Source of the DNA: Candidatus Poribacteria bacterium
GTDB taxonomy: Bacteria; Poribacteria; WGA-4E; PCPOR2b
Length of the DNA: 64,000 nt
Reading direction: 5' to 3'
NCBI GenBank assembly: GCA_965215015.1
Contig: OZ244042.1
Span: forward strand, 1,600,001-1,664,000
Part shown: in pieces, positions 9,264 to 17,880 of the stretch
Layout: each line of letters opens with the position of its first letter
Position numbering within the stretch: the first letter of the stretch is position 1
The notes under the pieces: model-generated
Databases searched by the model: none
What the model saw: only the letters and a program-made list of their open reading frames with translations
What the model was told of the DNA's origin: nothing
Position numbers and translations under genes: made by a program

Positions 9264-10211
9264 ATGCGCGAAGATTCTGGTAGAAAATCTGTGTATAGCC
9301 TGAGGTTATCTATCATCTTGATTGCTTCACTATGGCTAGGTTGTGGAGGTAATAATGAACAAGAGAATGGAGAAATTCTCGACAGAATTGTCGGTAAAGA
9401 CATGGCGGTAATGGTATTGATTCCTGCCGGCCCGTTTGAGATGGGGGACCACTTCGACGAAGGTACTACCTATGAACGGCCCATCCACACCGTTTTCCTT
9501 GATGATTTTTATATCGATGCCTATGAGGTAACCAACGCCATGTACGCAAAGTTCCTCAATGCGATGGGAAAGTATGTGGGGGATACCGGTCATATCTGGT
9601 TGGATATTGGTGACGGTGATGAGCAGATTGAATGGGTTGGGGGGCAATATCGACCAAAGGCAGGATTTGAAGAGTATGCTGTAGTCGAAGTGAGTTGGTA
9701 CGGCGCAGCGGCGTATGCCCAGTGGGCAGGCAAACGCTTGCCGACCGAAGCGGAGTGGGAGAAAGCTGCTCGCGGTGGACAGGTCAGGGAACGGTATCCG
9801 TGGGGAAATGATGACCCTGATGGGAGTCAGTGCAACTTTGCTGATAAGAATACCACCTATTCTTGGTCAGATCAGAATGCTGATGACGGCTACCAAAAAA
9901 CCGCTCCTGTGGGTCTATATCCTCCAAATGGCTACGGGTTATACGACATCGCCGGAAACGTATGGGAGTGGTGCATAGATGAATTGGATTTAGAATTTTA
10001 CGCAAACAGTCCAAAAGAGAGCCCGGTGTCAGGCGGGCTTGCACTATTGATGCCTAATAACTTCGCCAGTATTACAGAACGTCGCGTGCTTCGCGGTGGT
10101 TCGTGGCATAGCACTCCAGAGATCCTTCGCGTGGCATACCGCAACAGCAGTGAACCTGCGGTCACGCTCAGCTACTTTGGTTTTCGTTGCGTAGTCCCCG
10201 TCGATCCTTAG
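9264..10211 (+). CDS. FGE-sulfatase (SUMF1) domain lipoprotein
   Basis: LGC lipobox; RLPTEAEWEKAARGG, NGYGLYDIAGNVWEW, RVLRGGSW, GFRC. Confidence 0.88.
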   Translation: MREDSGRKSVYSLRLSIILIASLWLGCGGNNEQENGEILDRIVGKDMAVMVLIPAGPFEMGDHFDEGTTYERPIHTVFLDDFYIDAYEVTNAMYAKFLNAMGKYVGDTGHIWLDIGDGDEQIEWVGGQYRPKAGFEEYAVVEVSWYGAAAYAQWAGKRLPTEAEWEKAARGGQVRERYPWGNDDPDGSQCNFADKNTTYSWSDQNADDGYQKTAPVGLYPPNGYGLYDIAGNVWEWCIDELDLEFYANSPKESPVSGGLALLMPNNFASITERRVLRGGSWHSTPEILRVAYRNSSEPAVTLSYFGFRCVVPVDP

Positions 10212-10217
10212 TCCTAT

Positions 10218-10444
10218 TAGGACTTACACAGTTGAACGCTTGAAGCTAACACCAGAAAAGGGTGTGCAATGTTCACGGTTGGTTGAGCCATGACTAGTGC
10301 ACAAGAGTCCTAGTATCCTCGGCGATTTATCGCCGCTGGACACCGTTGCCAACGCCCGAGGAATCGGGCAACTACAGCAGAGACGCCATAAGGAGTCCGC
10401 AGGGAACACCGATTGTTGTTCCCTATTGAAATGCCTAAGTCCTA
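10218..10444. mobile_element. MITE with TAGGACTTAC-type terminal inverted repeats
   Basis: TAGGACTTACACA ... TGCCTAAGTCCTA; a related TIR pair occurs at 37130-37287. Confidence 0.6.
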
Positions 10445-10514
10445 TCCTTTTTTAACTTTTGAAAAGTCCGCATTGTGACGCTCTCATACCATTATTTGAA
10501 GGAAAGATTAAATA

Positions 10515-11348
10515 ATGACAGTACCCCATGCGTGGCCCCCTGCTGAGGGTGGTCTACAAGAAATAATAAAAAAATATCCGAAACCCCTCAATGCGCTGGT
10601 GTCGGGTGAAGTACCAGCTATTGTCCTCCGCAAAGCCTTCAACCCGGCCCACTGTGCAGGTCTCGTGGAAAGGTTCTATGAACGTGGCTTGGTATACGAC
10701 CCTCGCCAAACTCGGGATAGTAGTAAGAGACCTGTGTACGTTGGCCCCGCTTTAGTTAGGTACAACGCTGATCCCGAAAAGTTCTTCGCCTACGCCACCG
10801 ACACCCACGAACTCTTCAAAACCTTGTTCAACGGGTACGACAATCCAGTGAAGACCTTCTACGAGATGTTGTCATGTCTGGCACCGAATAAGCGGGTGAT
10901 GACCGCACGCGAGCCGGATGGACGCCGCTATGGCCCCGCCGTTTTTCGTATCTACTATGCTGATATAGGACACGGACCGCACTTTGATTCCATAGCAAAG
11001 CGGCAGAAGCTGTTCAATTATGAGGTCTCGCGGTTCCAGTATCAGTTGGCTGGGGTGATGTGCTTTCAGAACTCCGAAAAGGAAGGTGAAAGTGGAGAGC
11101 CCTTTCTCTACAACTGTCCTTGGACACCCGCCGTGCAGCGGTATATCACCAAAGGTACGTTTAGCCAATACGTCGCTGAGCAAGGCATCTCCCGGATTCA
11201 AATTCAACTTGAGCCCGGGGACCTTTATTTTTTCTTTTCTGAAAACATCCATGAAGTACCACCCGTGATAGGTGAGAAGCCGCGTATTGTGCTCGCTGCC
11301 TTCTTTGGCATGTCCCCAAACGATGATGAGATTTTTGTCTGGTCGTAA
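10515..11348 (+). CDS. 2OG-Fe(II) oxygenase-like protein
   Basis: HFD (HxD), LEPGDLYFF, HEVPPV.G.KPR distal His/Arg pattern. Confidence 0.65.
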   Translation: MTVPHAWPPAEGGLQEIIKKYPKPLNALVSGEVPAIVLRKAFNPAHCAGLVERFYERGLVYDPRQTRDSSKRPVYVGPALVRYNADPEKFFAYATDTHELFKTLFNGYDNPVKTFYEMLSCLAPNKRVMTAREPDGRRYGPAVFRIYYADIGHGPHFDSIAKRQKLFNYEVSRFQYQLAGVMCFQNSEKEGESGEPFLYNCPWTPAVQRYITKGTFSQYVAEQGISRIQIQLEPGDLYFFFSENIHEVPPVIGEKPRIVLAAFFGMSPNDDEIFVWS

Positions 11349-11398
11349 TGATATCCCTGCCACTGTGTACCATTGGCGTTCACTGAAAAGGAAAACAA

Positions 11399-12496
11399 AT
11401 GAAAATCACGAAAATCGAAACGTTCCAGATTGAAACCCCGCGCTATTACCAAGAACACCCAGTTAAAACGAACGAAGCATCAGGTCATGTTATCGTGAAA
11501 CTCCATGTGGCTGACGGACTGGTGGGACTAGGAGAGGCATCAGACAGCAGGGCTGATAATCTGGGAGCACTAACAAAACACTATAACGATTTGCTGGTTG
11601 GACGCGACGCGACTCGGATTACCGAGATTAATGAATTGATGCGGGCACAGGACTTTGGCAGTACAGTTAGCAACTCGCACCTGACCGCTGCCATCGACAT
11701 CGCACTGTACGACCTCAACGGGGTGGCGCAGAGTGTACCAGCCTACAATTTAATGGGCGGTAAAGTGCGAGAAAGTGTGTACTTCTGTTATCCAATTATA
11801 GGAGCGCACCTAGCGGACGGCTTTGAGCGGAATGCCAGCTACCTACAGCGGCTAGTGGATTTGGGGCATCATCTGTTTCGTTACTACGTTTCAGGGGACA
11901 GTGATTTGGATAACCGATTCATAACCGACATGAAAGCCCGTTTTGGCGAGAAAATCAAACTCAAAGCCTTTGATTTTTCCGGACGTTTCGCGGATTGGGA
12001 GACTGCCCTGCGTTACGCAGACGTGCTACGCCACCACAATCCGTATAACTTTGAGCAACCATCAAACAATTTACGGGTATGTGCCGACTTCGTCAAACGG
12101 ATGGATGTGCCGGTGAGTCTGCATATTAGCAGCCTAGAGGAGGGTTACGAGGCGATTGAACGCGGGGCGTGCACCGTTCTTAATTTGGCGTGGATCTGGT
12201 GGGGACCGACTTACGTGCGCCGGATGTTCGCGCTGGCAGAAGCTGCTGGCTTGAAAACCTTGCTTTCAACCGATCAGGATTCGACCGTAGGCACAGCCGG
12301 GGCGGTGCATCTAGGGGTTTCAGTGCCCAACCTAGATATTCCCGCTGATCCTGCTGGCCCTCTCCTCTATACAGTTTCGCCTGCCAAAGCGCGCATCCGG
12401 GCAGAGGCAAGCCACCTGTATCCGCCAGAGGGGGCCGGACTGGGCGTTGAGTTGGATGAGGACAAGATGAGGGAACTGACGGTGGCCTCCGCATGA
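11399..12496 (+). CDS. Mandelate racemase/muconate lactonizing enzyme (enolase superfamily)
   Basis: MKITKIETF, GLVGLGE, AAIDIALYDL.G, MGGKVRE, FEQP, P.GAGLGVELDE. Confidence 0.85.
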   Translation: MKITKIETFQIETPRYYQEHPVKTNEASGHVIVKLHVADGLVGLGEASDSRADNLGALTKHYNDLLVGRDATRITEINELMRAQDFGSTVSNSHLTAAIDIALYDLNGVAQSVPAYNLMGGKVRESVYFCYPIIGAHLADGFERNASYLQRLVDLGHHLFRYYVSGDSDLDNRFITDMKARFGEKIKLKAFDFSGRFADWETALRYADVLRHHNPYNFEQPSNNLRVCADFVKRMDVPVSLHISSLEEGYEAIERGACTVLNLAWIWWGPTYVRRMFALAEAAGLKTLLSTDQDSTVGTAGAVHLGVSVPNLDIPADPAGPLLYTVSPAKARIRAEASHLYPPEGAGLGVELDEDKMRELTVASA

Positions 12497-12547
12497 ATAT
12501 CTCCTATTGATTATTACAAAAATCGGTTTTTGTAAGAGAGAATCACA

Positions 12548-14455
12548 TTGAGTCGTAAACATCTCGCTTCAATCCACACCCCGCAGCCAGAAATCCGTTG
12601 GCGCGTAATCTGGTTGGCAGTGGCTGTCATCCCCTTTAACAACTACTGGGTCTACGCGATGTTGCGGTGGGCACAGGGCCTCCCAACAACCATGTCGCTC
12701 TTCTTCAATGTGATTTTTATCTTTGCCATTCTGCTCGCACTGAATTATGGAATTTCTCTATATTCGCCGCGTCTGGCATTGACACAGGGCGAATTGCTGA
12801 CCTTCTACGCCATGCTCTCCGTCGCCACTGCAATCGCCGGTGCAGATTTTTTCGCCGTAATCATCACACATATCGCTGTCGGCGGCTGGATGGCAACTGA
12901 GGAGAACGAATGGGCAACGTTGTTTCACCGTTACTTCCCGGATTGGCTGGCGTTGACCGATAAAAACAGTCTTACGACCTATTTTGTTGGTGAATCCAGC
13001 CTGTACCTTGACGAGCATCTTCGGTTATGGTGGAAGCCTGTCCTTTCCTGGTCTGGGTTTATTGTCGTCCTCGTTTTCACGGCATTCTGTATCAACGTCA
13101 TTCTACGGAAACAGTGGATTGAGATAGAACGACTGAGTTATCCAATTATTGAACTGCCGCAGCAGATGACCACCAAGGGCTTCTTTCGGAATCGATTGAT
13201 GTGGGCTGGGGCAATTCTCGCTGGAGGCATGGATATCGTCAACGCGCTGCATTTCTTGTATCCATCCATCCCAGGACTCGGTGGCGATTTCTTCGATCTG
13301 CGCCCCTATTTTACCACGAAACCGTGGAATGCTATCGGTTGGACACCTGTCACGCTCTTCCCCTTTGCCGTTGGAATGGCATACTTCATGCCTCTCGATC
13401 TCTCCTTCACGTTCTGGTTTTTCTACATCTTTTGGAAATTTGAAATGATCATGGGGAGTATTCTCGGGTTTCAGCAGATCCCCGACTTCCCCTTCATCTT
13501 TGAACAATCGTTTGGTGTCTGTGTGGGTGTAGTAATTCTGGTACTTTGGAGTGCGCGCCATCATTTGCGAGATGTGCTAATAGGGGCATGGCGCGGCGAG
13601 AAAGCGTCTGAGTCTAACGAACCGATTTCCTATCGTGTGGCAGTCCTCGGACTGATTATCGGCTTCCTACTGTTGATTGGTTTTTGGGTAGTAGCGGGGA
13701 TGTCGCTGTGGATTGCTGTCCTAGTCTTCATTATCCATTTTACGACCTTGACCGTTACAACCCGTATCCGCGCCGAGCTCGGACCTCCTCTCCATGACCT
13801 CCGCAGGATGGGACCCGATGTGTTAATTCCAAAGATGTTTGGCATGCGGCGATTGGGTCCGAGAAACCTCAGTCTATTTTCGCTCGTATTTCCTTTTAAT
13901 CGTGCCTATCGCGGGAATGCCATGCCACCGCAACTGGAAGGATTGAAACTTGCCGAGCGGGCGGGTATCTCACCGCGTCGCGTCGGATTCGCAATACTAA
14001 TCGCTGTTGTCATCAGTCCATTACCCCTGTTTTGGGGGGGATTGCAGCTCGGCTACGAATCTGGCGCGGTGGCCTTTTGGGGCGGCGGGGTCTTTCGACG
14101 GACACAAAGCTGGCTCACCAACCCAATGCCTGTCGATATCCTGTCAATCATCGCGATGCTCTTCGGTACGTTCTTCACTTTCGCTCTCACTGCTTTGCGT
14201 CACCGTTTCGTTTGGTGGCCCCTGTATCCCGTTGGGTACGGCATCACAGGTACATGGGCGGTCAACTTTTTCTGGTCTTCGGTGCTCGTCGCTTGGGTGA
14301 TTAAGTGGTGCATCCTCCGCTTTGGGGGGGTAAGGACGTTTCGCCGTCTGGCACCCTTCTTTTTAGGAATGCTATTCGGCGAGTTTCTACTTGGAGGTGT
14401 ATGGGCACTGATTGGTGTGATTGTACAGAGGCCGATGTACCGGTTCATTTGGTAA
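12548..14455 (+). CDS. Polytopic membrane protein, putative transporter (DUF6785/DUF6784-like)
   Basis: Many TM helices; QWIEIERLSYPI, RIRAELG, WWPLYPVGY, PFFLG; paralog of 17881 and 19867. Confidence 0.7.
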   Translation: MSRKHLASIHTPQPEIRWRVIWLAVAVIPFNNYWVYAMLRWAQGLPTTMSLFFNVIFIFAILLALNYGISLYSPRLALTQGELLTFYAMLSVATAIAGADFFAVIITHIAVGGWMATEENEWATLFHRYFPDWLALTDKNSLTTYFVGESSLYLDEHLRLWWKPVLSWSGFIVVLVFTAFCINVILRKQWIEIERLSYPIIELPQQMTTKGFFRNRLMWAGAILAGGMDIVNALHFLYPSIPGLGGDFFDLRPYFTTKPWNAIGWTPVTLFPFAVGMAYFMPLDLSFTFWFFYIFWKFEMIMGSILGFQQIPDFPFIFEQSFGVCVGVVILVLWSARHHLRDVLIGAWRGEKASESNEPISYRVAVLGLIIGFLLLIGFWVVAGMSLWIAVLVFIIHFTTLTVTTRIRAELGPPLHDLRRMGPDVLIPKMFGMRRLGPRNLSLFSLVFPFNRAYRGNAMPPQLEGLKLAERAGISPRRVGFAILIAVVISPLPLFWGGLQLGYESGAVAFWGGGVFRRTQSWLTNPMPVDILSIIAMLFGTFFTFALTALRHRFVWWPLYPVGYGITGTWAVNFFWSSVLVAWVIKWCILRFGGVRTFRRLAPFFLGMLFGEFLLGGVWALIGVIVQRPMYRFIW

Positions 14456-14622
14456 GCACCATCAACGGTGGCGTCTTTCTCGTTCCATTGAAGTTAAAGA
14501 GGGGAAAGCTGGATGCCAGTGCCACCGTGAAGCAACTGCAAGCGGGAGCGACCATTGTCGCCACTCGAATGATTCCGAAGCGCGACGAACCTTCAGTTGA
14601 AATACTTTCCAAAGGGAGATGA
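14456..14622 (+). pseudogene. 3' fragment of a gene originally upstream of the methyltransferase (possibly PD-(D/E)XK-like)
   Basis: Open frame LVPLKLKRG...KQLQAGA ends at a TGA just before the MTase start and has no start codon of its own. Confidence 0.35.
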
Positions 14623-14623
14623 A

Positions 14624-17425
14624 ATGACCCACCGCAAGAAGCTTATTGAAGTAGACCTGCCGCTAGACGACATCAACCGCGAATCCGCCCGAGAGAAGTC
14701 CATCCGGCACGGCCATCCCTCCACATTGCATCTATGGTGGGCACGCCGTCCGTTGGCTGCTTGCCGCGCGGTCATCTTTGCCAGCATGGTGGACGACCCC
14801 TCCCACTGCCCCGATGAGTTCCCCACCGAGACCGAGCAACGTGCCGAGCGGGAACGACTCCACAATATCATCTGTCAGCTCGTCAAATGGGAGAGCACCG
14901 ACGAGAGCCAACTGGATGTAAAAACACTCCTAGCAAACGCACGCTACGAAATTGCCCGCTCGGTGGCGCGTTCCCGGGGTGAAACGGCACCCACTGACCC
15001 GGCTGCAGTGTTGAAATACCTGCACGACCATACGCTGCCGATATATGACCCCTTCGCCGGTGGAGGTTCTATCCCCCTCGAAGCACAACGGCTTGGACTG
15101 AAGTCCGTTGCTTCAGATCTCAATCCGGTGGCAGTCCTCATCAACAAGGCGTTGATTGAGATACCGCCCAAGTTTCAGCATCTGCCTCCGGTCAATCCCG
15201 AAGCGGACCCCCTCGGCATATCTACGGGCAGAGGCAGAAACGCGCGGCGCGTCCCTTGGCGCGGGGCGTCCGGCCTTGCAGACGACATCCGCTACTACGG
15301 GGCATGGATGCGAGAGGCGGCGTTTAAGCGGATTGGGCATCTTTACCCGAAGGCGAAACTGGCTGATGGCAGCGATGCGACTGTGATTGCATGGCTCTGG
15401 GCGCGGACGGTCCCCTGTCCCAATCCCGCCTGCGGTGTCGAGCTGCCCCTTCTGAAAACCTTCCAACTCTCGAAAAAGCGAAACAACCAACACTGGATTA
15501 GGCCTGTCGTTGACTATGAGTCGAAGCGCGTCTCCTTTGTCGTGCAGGACCACAGTGGTGGCGTCCCCGAAGATGGCACGGTGGGCCGCCACGGTGCCGT
15601 CTGTATCGCCTGCAACAGCGCGGCTCCGTTGTCTTATGTCCGCGAGCAGGCGAGGGCTGGCAACATGGGTGAACAAATGACTGCCATCGTCGCTGAGGGG
15701 GATCGCAGACGGCTCTATGTGTCACCGTCCGACGAACATACCAAGGCCGCAATATCTGCCGAACCTATTTGGAGGCCAACGCAACCAATAACAAGAACAC
15801 CAAAAGTCAGTGCGTTGACTTATGGTGCTACCCATTGGCATCAACTTTTTACCAAACGTCAACTTCTCGCAATAGCCACATTCAGCGACTTGATTGTAGA
15901 TGTTCTCCAAATGGTAAGGCAAGAGAGCGGAAACGACGAATACGCCGATGCGCTCTGCACATACCTTGCGCTTGTTGTTGGCAGAATAGCAGACAGCAGT
16001 TGCAGTTATGCAACTTGGGTAGATGGGTATGAAAAGGTCGGCCACGTTTTCACGCGCCAAGCAATTCCGATGGTTTGGGATTTCGCGGAGGTGAATATCT
16101 TCTCTACTTCAACCCGGAACTGGATGGCTCAAATCGAGTGGGTAGCCAAAGTTATCGATCGATTGCCCGCAGCTGCGAACAGTGGTGCCGTGCATCAGGC
16201 GGATGCCTCCACCACTATCCACGCCCAAGGTGGGCCGGTCATCGTCACCGACCCGCCCTACTACAACAACATCGACTATGCTGACCTATCCGATTTCTTC
16301 TATGTGTGGCTGCGTCCCCTGCTCCGCGATGTTTACCCGGACCTGTTCGCCGGTATCCTGACCCCCAAAGCTGAGGAGATAACAGCTATTCCATCCCGAT
16401 TTGATGACCCCCGGCAGCGATTTGAGGACTTACTGAACAAGACACTCCAGTTAATACGAAACCGATGCAGCCCGGAATTCCCGTCCTCCATCTTCTACGC
16501 CTACAAGCAACAGGAGGAGGAGCGGGATGGTAGAACGTCCACAGGCTGGGAGACGATGCTGAGGTCTATCGTGTCAGCGGGTTTCGAGATAGTTGGCACC
16601 TGGCCCATGCGTACTGAGCTTTCCGCAAGATTAAACGCCTTGAGCACTAATTCACTGGCGTCGTCTGTTGTGCTGGTCTGTCGCCCGCGTCCCCGTGATG
16701 CCCCCGCCGCAACACGCCGTCAATTTTTCAACGCACTTGACAAAGAACTGCCTGCAGCACTCGACCAACTGACGCGAAAAGGGCACATCGCACCGACGGA
16801 TCTGGCGCAAGCCGCTATCGGTCCGGGGATGCAGATTTACTCCCGTTACAGCGGTGTGGAGACTATCAGCGGCAAGTCGGTGTCGGTGCGGGAGGCGTTG
16901 GCAGCAATCAACCGGGCTATCGCGGATTACGACGAGCGTCAGGAGGGGGATCTGGATTCGGAGAGCCGGTTCTGTCTCGCCTGGCTCAAGCAGCACGGGT
17001 ATGAGGAAGGCCCCTACGGTGACGCGGAGACGCTGGCACGTGCCAAGAATGTCACCATCAGTGGGTTGCAGCATTCTAACGGTCTACTCACTGCCAAAGG
17101 GGGGTGGGTCAAGCTACTGCCGCTCGATGCGTTTTCTGAAAGCGAGGAGTTGCCCCTCGACGCCACGACAGCGTGGGCGGGTTGTTTCCGGATGGCATAC
17201 CACCTGAACCGTGAGGATGGTAGGGGTGTTGAAGGTGCAGCGCATGTCGGCAGGGAGATGAGGGGTGCTGTTGAATCTATCGAGCGGTTGGCACGCGTCC
17301 TCTACAACCACTATGACCGCGCGGGGGATTCCCAGAACGCTGTTATTTTCAATAACCTCGTCACGGAGTGGGAACAGATTCAGAAGCAGATGACAGCGGA
17401 CAGACAGATCGACATGCAGTTTTAA
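14624..17425 (+). CDS. DUF1156-domain adenine-specific DNA methyltransferase with Zn ribbon
   Basis: KKLIEVDLPL...REKSIRHGHPSTLHLWWARRPLAACRA, DPFAGGGSIPLEA (SAM binding), CPNPAC...CIAC, TDPPYY (catalytic). Confidence 0.9.
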   Translation: MTHRKKLIEVDLPLDDINRESAREKSIRHGHPSTLHLWWARRPLAACRAVIFASMVDDPSHCPDEFPTETEQRAERERLHNIICQLVKWESTDESQLDVKTLLANARYEIARSVARSRGETAPTDPAAVLKYLHDHTLPIYDPFAGGGSIPLEAQRLGLKSVASDLNPVAVLINKALIEIPPKFQHLPPVNPEADPLGISTGRGRNARRVPWRGASGLADDIRYYGAWMREAAFKRIGHLYPKAKLADGSDATVIAWLWARTVPCPNPACGVELPLLKTFQLSKKRNNQHWIRPVVDYESKRVSFVVQDHSGGVPEDGTVGRHGAVCIACNSAAPLSYVREQARAGNMGEQMTAIVAEGDRRRLYVSPSDEHTKAAISAEPIWRPTQPITRTPKVSALTYGATHWHQLFTKRQLLAIATFSDLIVDVLQMVRQESGNDEYADALCTYLALVVGRIADSSCSYATWVDGYEKVGHVFTRQAIPMVWDFAEVNIFSTSTRNWMAQIEWVAKVIDRLPAAANSGAVHQADASTTIHAQGGPVIVTDPPYYNNIDYADLSDFFYVWLRPLLRDVYPDLFAGILTPKAEEITAIPSRFDDPRQRFEDLLNKTLQLIRNRCSPEFPSSIFYAYKQQEEERDGRTSTGWETMLRSIVSAGFEIVGTWPMRTELSARLNALSTNSLASSVVLVCRPRPRDAPAATRRQFFNALDKELPAALDQLTRKGHIAPTDLAQAAIGPGMQIYSRYSGVETISGKSVSVREALAAINRAIADYDERQEGDLDSESRFCLAWLKQHGYEEGPYGDAETLARAKNVTISGLQHSNGLLTAKGGWVKLLPLDAFSESEELPLDATTAWAGCFRMAYHLNREDGRGVEGAAHVGREMRGAVESIERLARVLYNHYDRAGDSQNAVIFNNLVTEWEQIQKQMTADRQIDMQF

Positions 17426-17549
17426 CCCCCCTGACCCCCCGCAAGCAGGGGGAATAGCCCCCCTGACCCCCCGCAAGCAGGGGGAATAACCCCCCTAACC
17501 CCCCGCAAGCAGGGGGAATAGGATGACCTCCCGCAAGCAGGGAGGGAAC
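17426..17549. repeat. Tandem 32-bp hairpin repeat (3 copies plus 1 degenerate)
   Basis: CCCCCCT(G/A)ACCCCCCGCAAGCAGGGGGAATA(G/A) at 17426, 17458 and 17490; degenerate copy at 17522. Confidence 0.9.
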
Positions 17550-17880
17550 CCGATTCCAACGTGAGCATGTCCGTCTATCGGCTTGTGCAATTGACGATTA
17601 CCGTGATGGCTGTCCATTTTGAATGTGTAGGTTTTCATGATGTTTTCAGGGGATTGTCTTTCTGTCTTTCATAGTCAATCGTTTTTGACCTATCAACGCC
17701 CTTTGGCTGACTACAGTCCCTCCCTAAAGGGTTTGGGCTGCGGGGGCTTGTCAGCAGGATTGATAAGAATTGCTTAAATAGTGTTAGACTTTCTGATCGT
17801 CCGGTAGGCCGGGTTGAAGTGAATCCCTATTAGGAACGATAGAGAGGCTGCCTTAAGGGGAACGAAGGAGACGTAACAAA

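Noticed and set aside
17426-17549. 32-bp repeats as a CRISPR array
   Set aside because: The units are directly adjacent with no unique spacers.
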